A DNA stretch of 64,000 bases. It comes from an uncultured Chloroflexia bacterium (lineage in GTDB: Bacteria > Chloroflexota > Limnocylindria > Limnocylindrales > CSP1-4). Shown here one piece after another: positions 48,680 through 62,594 of the stretch (position 1 is its first letter; each line of letters begins with the position of its first letter). The notes under the pieces are model-generated. The model was not told the origin of the DNA. It made no database searches and saw only the letters and a program-made list of their open reading frames with translations. The translations under genes and the position numbers were made by a program. Location: the NCBI GenBank assembly GCA_963842695.1, contig CAWJHK010000006.1, positions 344,391 to 408,390 of the forward strand, written 5' to 3'.

Positions 48680-48926
48680 TCCCGTCGCACACGACGAAGA
48701 CGGCTCGCTTCTCCGCCCCGTAGCCCGCCGCATGGAGGAGGCCGGCGCAGCCCTTCGTCGGGCACTTCCAGACCCACCAGCGCTCGTGCGCGTCGAGCGG
48801 CGTGGCCTCGGCCGCCAGCACGCCCGCAAGGTCGGAGCGGGCCTTCACGAGCCCTGCGATCCGCGTGGCGCGCTCCGCCTCGGATTCACTCGTGTATGGG
48901 TAGTTCTGGGCGACGTTCGAGCTCAC
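48654..48926 (-). CDS. small Cys-rich (zinc-ribbon-like) hypothetical protein, 90 aa
   Basis: GTG 48926 follows GGAG. The product has ...WKCPTKGCAGLLHA...VVCDGTCGKTYLR, a CxxxxC...CxxxC pattern. Confidence 0.45.
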   Translation of the reverse strand: MSSNVAQNYPYTSESEAERATRIAGLVKARSDLAGVLAAEATPLDAHERWWVWKCPTKGCAGLLHAAGYGAEKRAVFVVCDGTCGKTYLR

Positions 48927-49034
48927 GAGCGGCTCCGCTGGGCTGGGCGGGGACGGCTGACCGGTGGCGGCGTCGTGTGAGCGCTGCCGGCCACCGGAGG
49001 CCCGAGTATCGCATATGGCTGCTTCTCGGCAACC

Positions 49035-50715
49035 TCACCACGAAGCCGGGATCCCGTCACTCCGCGGGTCGGTGACGGCCAGAAGGGAGCCCTCGGGGGA
49101 CCCCGGGCCGCCCTCGATGAGCTCGATCCCGTGCTCCTGGCCGAGCTGCGGATCGAAGGGCGCGACCAGGGTCACGGGATGACCCAGGTCCTCCAGGGCG
49201 GTCGCCATCCCGGTCGGGATCCGCGGTTCGATCCGCACCTCGACCGGCGGCTCGAAGTGGCGTTCCGGCTCGACGAACCAGCGTGGGGCTGAGATCGCGG
49301 TCCGCAGGTCGACCCCTCCATCGACGAGCGCCGACACGAGCTGAGCGTGGATCTGCGGCTGGGCGTCACCGCCTGCGGCGCCGGCCACGACCCATGGTGT
49401 CGGGACTCCGTCACGGAACAGCATCCCGGGGAGCAGCGTGTGGAGCGTCCGCTTGCCGGGCTCGAGGAGGTTCGGGTGATCGGGGTCGAGGCTGAAATAG
49501 CTCCCGCGGTTCTGGTACAGGATCCCCGTCTGTCGGGTCGAGCACTCCGGAGCCGAACGTCCAGTAGAGGGACTGGATGAGGCTGACCGCGTTGCCGTCG
49601 CGGTCGACTGCGGCGAGGTAGACGGTCCCGCCGCCGGCCGGGTTGGTCGCCGAGGCCGGGATGGCGGCGCGCCGACGGTCGATGCGCGACGCAAGCGCCG
49701 CGGCGTAGGCCGGATCGAGCAGCCGGTCGACCGGGACGTCGCGGTAGGCCGGGTCGGTCAGGTACCGGTCGCGGTCGGCCATCGCCAGCTTGGCCGCCTC
49801 GATGCCCAGCGTGCGTCCAGCCCGGGTCGGTCACGCCTTCAGGCCCGAAGGCGGCCGGCGGTCGGTGGCTCGAGCTGGGCCAGGATCGCCAGGAGCTCGA
49901 GCGCGACGACACCCGGAGCTGTTCGGTGGGTGGGTCGTGACCCGGACGCCGCGATAGTCGATCCCGATCGGCTCGCTCCAGGTCGAGGTGTGGGCCGCGC
50001 AGGTCGTCGCTCGTGATGGCGGAGCCGGCCAGCGCGCACCCGCGCGCTGCCGCTCGGCGAGATCACCGTCGTAGAACGCCGCGAAGCCCTCGTCGGCGAT
50101 CGCTGCCAGCGTGTCCGCAAGCGCCGGCTGGCGGACCCGCTCCCCGGGCCGCCAGGCTCGACCGGCCATCCGGCCAAGGTCCGGGTGAAGAATGGTGCCG
50201 GCGCCGACGGCCGCGGCCGCTCAGCGGCGTCATCGCGCTCGACGATGTCGGCGAAGTCGAGCCGATGCGGGCACGCCGTCCCTGCCAGCTCGATGGCCGG
50301 GGCGAGCAGCGTCGCGCGCGGCAGCCGCCCGAACCGCTCATGAGCGTCGGCCCACGAGCGGACCGCGCCCGGCACCGTGATCGACAGCGGGCCGTGGAGC
50401 GGGATCGCGTCGAGGCCCGACGCCCGGAGGGACCGCGCGTCGGCGGCGGCGGGCGCCCGGCCCGAGCCGTTGAGCGCGACCTGCGTCGCGGCGGCTGCGT
50501 CCCAGATCAGCCAGAACGCATCGCCGCCGATCCCGCAGCTGTTGTGGCACGACCACGGACAGGGCAGCGTTGGTGGCGATCGCTGCGTCCACCGCCGACC
50601 CGCCGGCGCGCAGGATCGCGAGGCCCGCGGCGCTCGCGAGGTGATGCGGCGAGACGACCGCGCCGTGGCTGCCGCGCGCGACCGGGACCGGCGCCCACGG
50701 CCGGCCGTCCGTCAC
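49035..50715 (-). pseudogene. ggt: gamma-glutamyltransferase; at least 6 frame breaks
   Basis: Fragments lie in all three frames. They include ...VVSPHHLASAAGLAILRAGGSAVDAAIA..., ...PGAVRSWADAHERFGRLP..., ...GGGTVYLAAVDRDGNAVSLIQSLY.. (the Thr nucleophile context) and ...GKRTLHTLLPGMLF... The GTG start overlaps the stop of the upstream MFS gene. Confidence 0.75.
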
Positions 50716-52015
50716 GCCGACGCCTCTCCGACCCGGACGCCCGTGCCGTCGATGCCGTCGATCTCGTGCTCCTGGCTGCGCAGCCGGTTGAGCGGGACCA
50801 GTGCGACGACGAGCAGGCCCATCGTGGCGAGCAGCATCCCGTCGATGCCGCGCCAGTCGGCCGCGAAGCCGCCGATCAGGCTGCCGGCGATCTGGCCGAT
50901 CGCCAGGAACACCGAGTACAGGCCCATGATCGCGCCGCGATCGGCCGGGAAGCGCTCGGAGATGTCGGCCAGGAGCCCGAGCGCCGCCGGCGTCGCCCCG
51001 GCCAGGACGAACAGGCCGACCCCGGCGAGCAGCGATCGCGCCCGCCAGGAGCGCCAGCGGGAGCCCCGCCGAGTGGTTGACCACCAGCCCGCCCCGACGA
51101 GCGCCCCGCCGCCGATGATCCCGTACAGGATGATCGTCGTCCGCCGCATCGACTTGAAGCGGTTGCCCCAGTACAGGAGCCCGACGCCGAAGACGATGGC
51201 GATGACGATCGCGGCGGCGGTGATCTGGTTGGCATCGAAGCCCCGCATCAGGGTCTGGTCGGGGAACGCCGGGTTGGCCTGCGAGAACTGGAACAGCGAC
51301 TGGCTGAACCACAGCCCGATGCTGGCGTTGAGCGCGATCCAGGTCGGCGCCAGCAGCAGGACGTGCGACGAGCGGACGAGCGCGAGCGTACCGGCCGAAG
51401 CCGACGTGCGGCGACGCGACCGCCTCGGCCTCGCCGGCCGGATCCTTGACCCCGCGCCAGTAGATCGAGGAACGAGATCCCGTAGACGACGGCGTTGAGG
51501 AAGAACGCGTTCGGTCCGATCGCCTCGAACAGCTTCGGCGCGACGATGAAGCCCGACGCCGAGCCCGGCCAGCGTGGCGCCCTCGAAGCGGGCCGCCGCC
51601 TTGCCGCGCAGCAGCTCGTTGCCGGCGGTCGCCAGCGCGATGAAGCCGAGGATCGACGGGCACGCTGGCGGCGGTCGAGGCGCCCTCGAGCAGCCGCGTC
51701 GCGGCGAGGACCGGCAGCTGGACCGTCAGCCCGGTGATGATCACGGCGATCCCGCCGAAGATCGGGCCGTAGAGCATCACCCGGTGGTGGCCGAACCGGT
51801 CGGACAGGATGCCGAAGATCGGCGACAGGACCAGCTCGGACAGGTAGAACACCGCGGCGAAGATCCCGACGACGGTCGCGTCGACCGGCTCGCCACCGTG
51901 CGCCGGCAGGTCGGCCAGGTAGAGCCCGAGCATCGCGCCCGGTCAGCCCGGTGCTGAAGCGGAGCGTGAAGGTGCCGAGCAGGACGAACCGGAGGGATCG
52001 CTCCATCGGCGGCAT
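50712..52015 (-). pseudogene. MFS transporter; at least 5 frame breaks
   Basis: The N-terminus is MPPMERSLRFVLLGTFTLRFSTGLTG... Further fragments are ...SPIFGILSDRFGHHRVMLYGPIFGG... and ...FLAIGQIAGSLIGGFAADW..., spread over three frames. Confidence 0.7.
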
Positions 52016-52096
52016 CGTAGCGGCTCCGACCCGAAGGGCTGGACCCGGCCCGTATCATGCCCGCAACGTCGTCGCGAACCGCCGAGGAGGAGCTGC

Positions 52097-52954
52097 TTGA
52101 GCCGCGTCGCGATCTTCACCGATTCCGCGTCCGACATGGATCCCGAGCTCGCGGCTGCCGACGGGGATCGACGATCGTCCCGCTTGCTCGTCAGCTTCGG
52201 CGACGAGACGTTCAAGGCCGGCGTCGAGCTGTCGACGGCGGCGTTCTGGGAGCGGATGGTCGCGCCGGACGCGCCGTTCCCGAAGACCGCGGCCTCGTCG
52301 CCGGGCGAGTTCAAGGACGCCTACGAGGCGGCCTTCGCAGGCCGGCGCCGAGGCGATCGTGTCGATCCACGTCGCGGGCACGCTGTCGGGCACGATCAAG
52401 AGCGCCCAGATCGCGCGGGACATGCTGCCCGACCGCGAGATCCACGTCGTCGACTCGCTCGGCGCGTCGATGGCCGAAGGGCATCCTCGCCGAGCATGGC
52501 GGTCGAGATGGCCGCCGACGGCCGGCCGGCCGGGGAGATCGCCGAGATGCTCGAGGGACGCGCGACCGGACATGCGGATGTACGTCGCGGTCGAGACCCT
52601 CGAGTACCTCAAGAAGGGCGGCCGGATCAGCGGCGCCCAGGCGGCGATCGGCAGCTCCTGTCGGTCAAGCCGATCATCCGGGTCAACGCCGGCGTGGTCG
52701 ACACGGTCGACCGGGTGCGGACCCGCGGCAAGGCCCGCGAGCGCCTGATCGAGCTGATCTGCGAGCGCCCGATCGAGCGGCTGGCGATCCTGCACACCAT
52801 CAGCCCGGACGTCGAGGCGTTCCGCGACGAGGTCGTCGCCCGGGCCGCCGGCGTGCTCGACGCCGCGGACGTCTCGATCAACCTGGTCGGTGCGTCGGTC
52901 GGGCCGCATCTGGGTCCCGGCTGCGTCGGCGCGGCGGTCCTGTATCGGGCCTGA
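52097..52954 (+). pseudogene. DegV-family fatty-acid-binding protein; at least 5 frame breaks
   Basis: The start is TTG, after GAGGAGGAG. Fragments are MSRVAIFTDSASDM..., ...VSIHVAGTLSGTIKSAQIA...IHVVDSLGASMAEG..., ...MYVAVETLEYLKKGGRISGAQA... and ...SVGPHLGPGCVGAAVLY. Confidence 0.75.
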
Positions 52955-53006
52955 GGGCCGGTCGGCCGGGTCGGCCACGACCATCGGCCCAGCCGATCGA
53001 ACATTG

Positions 53007-53079
53007 CGGCAAGGTTGCGACAACCTTGCCGACCGGTACCATCGGGGAGGCGTCGGATCGCGCGATCCGTGGCTATACT
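53007..53079 (+). promoter_or_regulatory. gdh upstream control region: hairpin/palindrome, -35/-10 promoter, a second palindrome and a second -10
   Basis: CGGCAAGGTTG-cga-CAACCTTGCCG lies at 53007-53031. TTGCGA (53015-53020), a 16-nt spacer and TACCAT (53037-53042) form a promoter. GGATCGCGCGATCC lies at 53055-53068 and TATACT at 53074-79. The gdh ATG is at 53221. Confidence 0.4.
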
Positions 53080-53220
53080 CCGGGCTGCAGATGCAGTCGC
53101 GTGCTCGTCACGATGCCGGTCCTCAACCGGACCCGATGGCGCGCCCCGTGGGGTCGTCCGGGAGACGACCCGAACCGACGGCGGTCGGCTGACCGCCTGA
53201 CACGTGAGGTCCTCCATTCC

Positions 53221-54502
<1,282 letters not shown>

Positions 54503-54537
54503 GCCGTTCGGCCGACGTCGGGCCGGAGGCCCGGTGC

Positions 54538-54543
54538 TACCAT
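54538..54543 (+). promoter_or_regulatory. -10 box TACCAT(CG), 7 nt before ATG 54551 (leaderless candidate)
   Basis: The sequence is tgcTACCATcgcggccATG. Confidence 0.45.
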
Positions 54544-54550
54544 CGCGGCC

Positions 54551-55157
54551 ATGCTCGACCACGAAGAGAAGTTCCTGTTCAAGGAGGAGATCCTCCACCT
54601 GTCGAACGCCGTCGCGGAGCCGGGCAGTGCTCGACAACGTCGAGGACCTGCTGACCGACGTCATCACCAGCCCGCGCTTCGACTCGGAGGTGTTCACGCT
54701 CGAGCGCAGCCTGCAGGTGATGCTCGGGCCGCGCGCGGGGACGACGCTGGTCGGGCTGCTGACCGTCGCGCCCGAGGTGTTCGACGAGGTCGCCGAGGTG
54801 CGCATCCCGTCCGAGGTGCACGAGCGGCTGGTCGCCTGGCGGGCACGGTTCGGCCTGGCGATCGACAACGCGCTGAACTTCCTCAACAACCCGGACGGCA
54901 TCCAGGGCCACAACTTCGCGACCCAGATCGCCCACGTCGAGGATCGGCGCGTCCTGCAGGGCCGGCTGACGCTCGTCCGCTACAACAACGAGCCGCAGTT
55001 CTTCGTGGCCGACGCGAGCGTCTTCCTCAGCCTCGTGGCCGACATCATGGAGCGCCTCGGCCCGTACCTCGAGCCGGACGCCGTCGAGGCCGAGACGCTC
55101 GCCCGGCTGCGCGACGCGATCGCCCTCATCGAGCGCAAGACCGCCAGCCGCAGCTAA
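54551..55157 (+). pseudogene. hypothetical protein (about 200 aa); one frame break
   Basis: [25 protein letters not shown] is followed in another frame by [26 protein letters not shown]...LRDAIALIERKTASRS. The break is near 54628. I recognise no family. Confidence 0.45.
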
Positions 55158-55241
55158 GCCGGGCCGCCGCGATGCGCCAATCCTCGCGGCGATGGCTCGC
55201 GGAGCGTCGCCTCGTCGCTCCGAGCGGCCGAAGGTGACCGG

Positions 55242-58163
<2,922 letters not shown>

Positions 58164-58167
<4 letters not shown>

Positions 58168-59591
58168 GCGGGCTCCCTCTCGGGCTGGATCGTGGTCCAC
58201 AGTCTGCGCGGCGGCGTCGCGCTCGTCCAGCGCGCCGGCCACGCGATCGAGGAGCCGGTCGGCGACCGTCGCGCTTGCGTCTGGAGCGGCAGGTCGTCGC
58301 GCGAGCCGTCGGCGGCCAGGATCGGACACGCGGTTCGTGTCGGTGCCGAAGCCCGGACCCGGCTCGGCCACGTCGTTGGCGACGAGGAGGTCGACGCCCT
58401 TGCGGCGGAGCTTGTCGGCGGCCCGGTCGAGCGAGCCGGTCTCGGCCGCGAACCCGACGAGGAGCGGGCGCGGGCGGAGCGGCTCGTCTGGTGCGTGCCC
58501 CGTCGCCATCGAGGCCGGTGACGCGCCCGGGCGACCCCGGCCAGCAGGTCCGGCGTCGGCTCGAGCTCGAGCGTCAGCCCGTCGGCGCGGACGAGCTTCG
58601 ATCCGGCGGCGGCGCGACCGGCCGGAAGTCGGCGACCGCGGCGGCCATCACGAGGGCGTCGAACCCGGCCGACTCGTCCGGCCATCGGACGAGCTCGTCG
58701 AGGACGGCCCCGAGCTCGGCGGTCGACTCGACCCGGACGACCGTCGGCGCCGGGCGGCGCGCGACGCTCGACGTTCGGCGGCGATGAGCGTGACCCGCGC
58801 GCCGCGGTCGAGCGCGGCCTCGGCGATCGCGACGCCCATCTTGCCGGTCGAGCGGTTGCCGATGTAGCGGACCGGGTCGATCGGCTCGCGCGTCCCGCCG
58901 GCGGTCACGACGATGTGGCGGCCGTCGAGGTCGGCGTCGCGTGCCGGGCGCGACGAGCGGCGGACGCGCCGCCGGATCCGGCGATCGGAGCCGGCCGACC
59001 CGACCGACGCGACGACGGCGTCGACGATCGCGCGCGAGCTCGGCCAGCCGCCCGACACCGGTCTGGCCGGACGCGAGCGGCCCGGTCGCCGGGCGCGACG
59101 ATCGTGTAGCCGAACGCCGCGCAGCCGCTCGACGTTCGCGACCGTCGCCGGGTGCGTCCACATGTCGCCGTCCATCGCCGGCGCGACGACGACCGGCGCG
59201 GAGGTCGCGAGGCACGCGCGCGCTGACGACGTCGCCCGGCCAGCCCGTTGGCCATCGGGCCCAGCCAGTGCGCGGTCGCCGGCGCGACGACGATCGACGT
59301 CGGCGCTGTCGGCGATGACGATGTGGCCGATCCGGCCGTCCGGCAGCAGGTCGAGGACGTCGGTCTCGACCGGGTGACGCGACAGGGCGGCGAACGACAG
59401 CGGCCCGACGAAGCGCGTGCGCGGCGGGGGTCAGCATCACCGCCACGTCGGCGCCCTCGGCCCGCAGCAGCCGGAGCGAGCTCGACGGCCTTGTAGGCCG
59501 CGATCGAGCCGGTGACGCCGAGTCCGACCAGGCGCCCGGCGAGTCGCCCAGCGTCCGGCCGGGCATCCGGCCCGCTGCGGCCGTCCGTCAT
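58164..59591 (-). pseudogene. coaBC: bifunctional phosphopantothenoylcysteine decarboxylase / phosphopantothenate--cysteine ligase; at least 6 frame breaks
   Basis: Fragments are MTDGRSGPD...GRLVGLGVTGSIAAYKAVEL..., ...[19 protein letters not shown]..., ...[24 protein letters not shown]..., ...[25 protein letters not shown]... and ...LLVGFAAET...LLVANDV... Its ATG overlaps the coaX stop (ATGA). Confidence 0.8.
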
Positions 59592-60403
59592 CGCAGGCCC
59601 AGCTCGAGCGGCTCGCCGCCGCCGACCTCGGCGTGGAGGATGGCCAGGCCCTTGAGCGTCAGCTCCGGGTCGATCGCCTCGATGCCCTCGAGCGCGCGCG
59701 ACCCACGGCGCGGCCGACAGCCCGCCGGTCAGGATGGCGTGGACCTCGGCCGGCGCGACGCCGTCGGCGTCGGCGAGCTCGCGCCGGATGCGGCCGAGCA
59801 GGCCCGCGGCAAGCGCCTGGTAGCCGAAGACCGTGCCGGACTGCATGGCACCGACCGTGTCCCGGCCGATCGCCCGGTCCGGGGCGCGCAGCTCGATCCG
59901 TGGCAGCTTGGCCGTCCGTGCCGCGAGCGCCTCGAGCCCGAGCTCGAGCCCCGGGGCGATCGCGCCGCCCGACGTAGGCGCCGTCGGCCGCCACGCAGTC
60001 GAACGTGGTGGCCGTCCCGAAGTCGACGACGACGGCCGGCGTGCCGTACAGCCGGCCGGCCGCCAGCGCGTTGACCAGCCGGTCGGCGCCGACGTCGCCG
60101 GGGCGGTCCACCCGGATCGCCAGCGGGACGGTGCCCGGCCCGGCGACGACGAGCGGTCGCTCGCGCCGGGCCGGCGATCGACTCGACCGCGGCGGAGACG
60201 GCGGGCACGACCGATGCGAGCGCGATGGCGTCGAGGTCGGCCAGCCCGAATCCGTCGAGGCGGAGGAGCCCGTCGAGGGTGACCTCGAGCTCGTCGGCGG
60301 TCGACCGCGGGTCGGTCGCGGCGCGGCGCGTGGCCAGCAGCGCGCCGGCCCGGAACAGGCCGACCGTGACGTTCGTGTTGCCGACGTCGAGCGCGAGGAG
60401 CAT
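59588..60403 (-). pseudogene. coaX: type III pantothenate kinase; at least 3 frame breaks
   Basis: Fragments are [17 protein letters not shown]..., ...[12 protein letters not shown]......[14 protein letters not shown]... and ...[23 protein letters not shown]...[15 protein letters not shown]... Confidence 0.8.
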
Positions 60404-60409
60404 GGCCGG

Positions 60410-60415
60410 ATGATA
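60410..60415 (-). promoter_or_regulatory. -10 box TATCAT, 6 nt before the coaX ATG (leaderless candidate)
   Basis: The minus strand reads cgcgTATCATccggccATG. Confidence 0.4.
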
Positions 60416-60486
60416 CGCGGCCGTGCCGCGGCGACCGGGCTCGTGGCCGACCTCCGATTGGCACGTTTCCGACTGGCGCCGTGCGG

Positions 60487-60492
60487 TACCAT
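60487..60492 (+). promoter_or_regulatory. -10 box TACCAT(CG), 40 nt upstream of ATG 60533 (short leader with AGGAGA)
   Basis: The sequence is gcggTACCATcgccccgtccgttcccctccgcccaccgAGGAGAcaccggATG. Confidence 0.4.
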
Positions 60493-60532
60493 CGCCCCGT
60501 CCGTTCCCCTCCGCCCACCGAGGAGACACCGG

Positions 60533-60970
60533 ATGTCCAGCCCCACCCCAGCGAAGTTCTTCGTCAACCAGGGCGTGGTGACGAGCCGCACGGACATGCT
60601 CCACCTCCTGCGGCCCCTGCTCAAGCAGACCGTCACCTATCGCTACCTGCGCGGCCGCGAGGTCGTCGCCCACGGGACGGGCTGGATGGAGCGGATCGTG
60701 GTCGACACGGACGACACGTCGACGTACTTCACGCCCCTGGCGATCACCCTCAACATCGATTCGTTCGAGCATCTCGAGTTCGAGACGCGCCCCGACCAGC
60801 TGCTCGTCTACACCCTCGTCCAGGGCGACGAGCGGGTCGTCGTCGAGTTCGCTCCGCTCGGCCCGGGCGCCCCCGACGACTCGCCGTTCGCCCCGCGCCA
60901 GCTCGCATTCGACACCAGCGGTTTCGTCCAGATGGAGCTGCTCGGCCTCGACGCCCGAGAGGACGAGTAG
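60533..60970 (+). CDS. hypothetical protein (145 aa)
   Basis: The internal ATG of ORF 60005..60970 has a good SD. The product is [61 protein letters not shown]...; I recognise no family. Confidence 0.5.
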   Translation: MSSPTPAKFFVNQGVVTSRTDMLHLLRPLLKQTVTYRYLRGREVVAHGTGWMERIVVDTDDTSTYFTPLAITLNIDSFEHLEFETRPDQLLVYTLVQGDERVVVEFAPLGPGAPDDSPFAPRQLAFDTSGFVQMELLGLDAREDE

Positions 60971-61118
60971 CGGATCCGGAGGGCCGGGCCCGGGACCCGG
61001 CTCGGGGGGACAGCGCGGCGGCCGCCGCCCCAGCGTCGGCCGCGAGTTCGTCACGGCGCGTTCCGAGCCCGCCCGTGGGACCGGCGCGTCGCGTCCGGGC
61101 AAGGAGGAAGGGATCCAG

Positions 61119-62525
61119 GTGACTGCCGAAGCGCAGCCCAGCACGTCGGCCGGCCCGCCCAGCTCGTCGGCAGGAGGCCTCGCCGGCTACTTCAAGTTCG
61201 ACGAGCGCGGCACCACCCTCGCCACCGAGGCGAAGGCCGGCCTGACGACGTTCTTCGTCATGGTCTACATCATCTTCGTCAACGCCGCGATCCTCGGTGC
61301 CGGCTTCAAGCTCGACCCGGCCGGGATCGCCGCCGTGTCCGCGGCCACCGCGCTGGTCGCCGGGATCATGACCATCGTCATGGGCCTGGTCGGCAACTAC
61401 CCGCTCGCCCTGGCGGCCGGCCTCGGCATCAACGGCATCGTCGCCTTCTCGTTGACGGCACGCGGCCTCAGCCCGCAAGGGGCGATGGGCGTCATCGTCC
61501 TCGAAGGCCTCGTCGTCACCCTGCTCGTCGTCGTCGGCTTCCGGGAAGCCGTCATGAACGCGGTCCCGCTGTCGCTCAAGAAGGCGATCGGGGCCGGGAT
61601 CGGCCTGTTCATCCTGTTCATCGGCTTCGTCGGTGGCGGGTTCATCGCCACGCCCGCGGGCGGCGTCCCGGTCGTCGGCCCGGTCTTCCCGACCACGACC
61701 GGCCAGTTCCTGTTCCTGGCCGCCCTCCTGTTCACGATCGTGCTGTACGTCAATCGGGTCCGCGGCGCGCTGATCATCTCGATCCTGGTCACCACGATCG
61801 TGGCCCTGCTGCTCGGCGTGGCCAAGGTCCCGGACACGTTCTCCGTGACGCCGAGCTTCTCGACCATCGGCCAGTTCGACCTCACCAACGTGTTCACGGT
61901 CCTCGGACCGCTGGCGGCGATCCTCACGATCTTCGCGATCATGCTGACCGACTTCTTCGACACGATGGGCACCGTCACCGGCGTCGCATCCGAGGCCGGC
62001 CTGGCCGAGGAAGACGGGTCGGTACCGGGCGTCGGCCGTGTGCTGCTCGTCGACAGCCTGGCGGCGGTCGCCGGGGGCGTGGCGGGCGTCAGCTCGAACA
62101 CGACGTACATCGAGAGCGCGGCGGGCGTGGCCGAGGGCGGCCGCACGGGCTTCGCCTCGATCGTGACCGGGGTCCTCTTCCTGTTCGCGATCTTCCTGTC
62201 GCCGCTGGCCGGGATCATCCCGACGCAGGCCACATCGCCGGCACTGGTCATCGTCGGCTACCTGATGTTCACGCAGCTCAAGGGCATCGAGCTCGACAAC
62301 GTCGAGGACGGCTTCCCGGCCCTGCTGACGATGATCCTCATGCCGCTGACCTACGACATCACGGTCGGCATCGGGGCCGGCTTCATCACCTGGGTGGTCA
62401 TCAAGGTCGCCCGGGGCAAGATCGGCGAGATCCACCCGCTGATGTGGGTGGTCTCGATCATGTTCCTCATCTACTTCCTGCAGGCCTGGCTGGACCTGCT
62501 CATCAGCGGCACGCCGGCGTCCTGA
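61119..62525 (+). CDS. NCS2-family purine (adenine/guanine/hypoxanthine) permease, AzgA/PbuG-like
   Basis: GTG follows AAGGAGGAAGGG. The product reads ...LAGYFKFDERGTTLATEAKAGLTTFFVMVYIIFVNAAIL...TTYIESAAGVAEGGRTG... The frame is intact. Confidence 0.85.
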   Translation: MTAEAQPSTSAGPPSSSAGGLAGYFKFDERGTTLATEAKAGLTTFFVMVYIIFVNAAILGAGFKLDPAGIAAVSAATALVAGIMTIVMGLVGNYPLALAAGLGINGIVAFSLTARGLSPQGAMGVIVLEGLVVTLLVVVGFREAVMNAVPLSLKKAIGAGIGLFILFIGFVGGGFIATPAGGVPVVGPVFPTTTGQFLFLAALLFTIVLYVNRVRGALIISILVTTIVALLLGVAKVPDTFSVTPSFSTIGQFDLTNVFTVLGPLAAILTIFAIMLTDFFDTMGTVTGVASEAGLAEEDGSVPGVGRVLLVDSLAAVAGGVAGVSSNTTYIESAAGVAEGGRTGFASIVTGVLFLFAIFLSPLAGIIPTQATSPALVIVGYLMFTQLKGIELDNVEDGFPALLTMILMPLTYDITVGIGAGFITWVVIKVARGKIGEIHPLMWVVSIMFLIYFLQAWLDLLISGTPAS

Positions 62526-62542
62526 GCACGTCGATCGGCGGA

Positions 62543-62566
62543 CGCCCCGGTCGATCGGCCGGGGCG
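62543..62566 (+). terminator. GC-rich hairpin (8-bp stem CGCCCCGG / CCGGGGCG, 8-nt loop) after the permease gene
   Basis: It lies 18 nt after the stop. There is no U-tract. Confidence 0.35.
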
Positions 62567-62581
62567 ACGCCCGCAATCCGG

Positions 62582-62587
62582 TACCAT
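62582..62587 (+). promoter_or_regulatory. -10 box TACCAT(CG), 7 nt before ATG 62595 (leaderless candidate)
   Basis: The sequence is cggTACCATcgcccggATG. Confidence 0.45.
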
Positions 62588-62594
62588 CGCCCGG

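Noticed and set aside
60971-61118. Possible purine riboswitch upstream of the NCS2 purine permease
   Set aside because: The 148-nt region is extremely GC-rich. It lacks the conserved loop and junction sequences of guanine/adenine riboswitches as I remember them. I could not identify a convincing three-way junction by eye.
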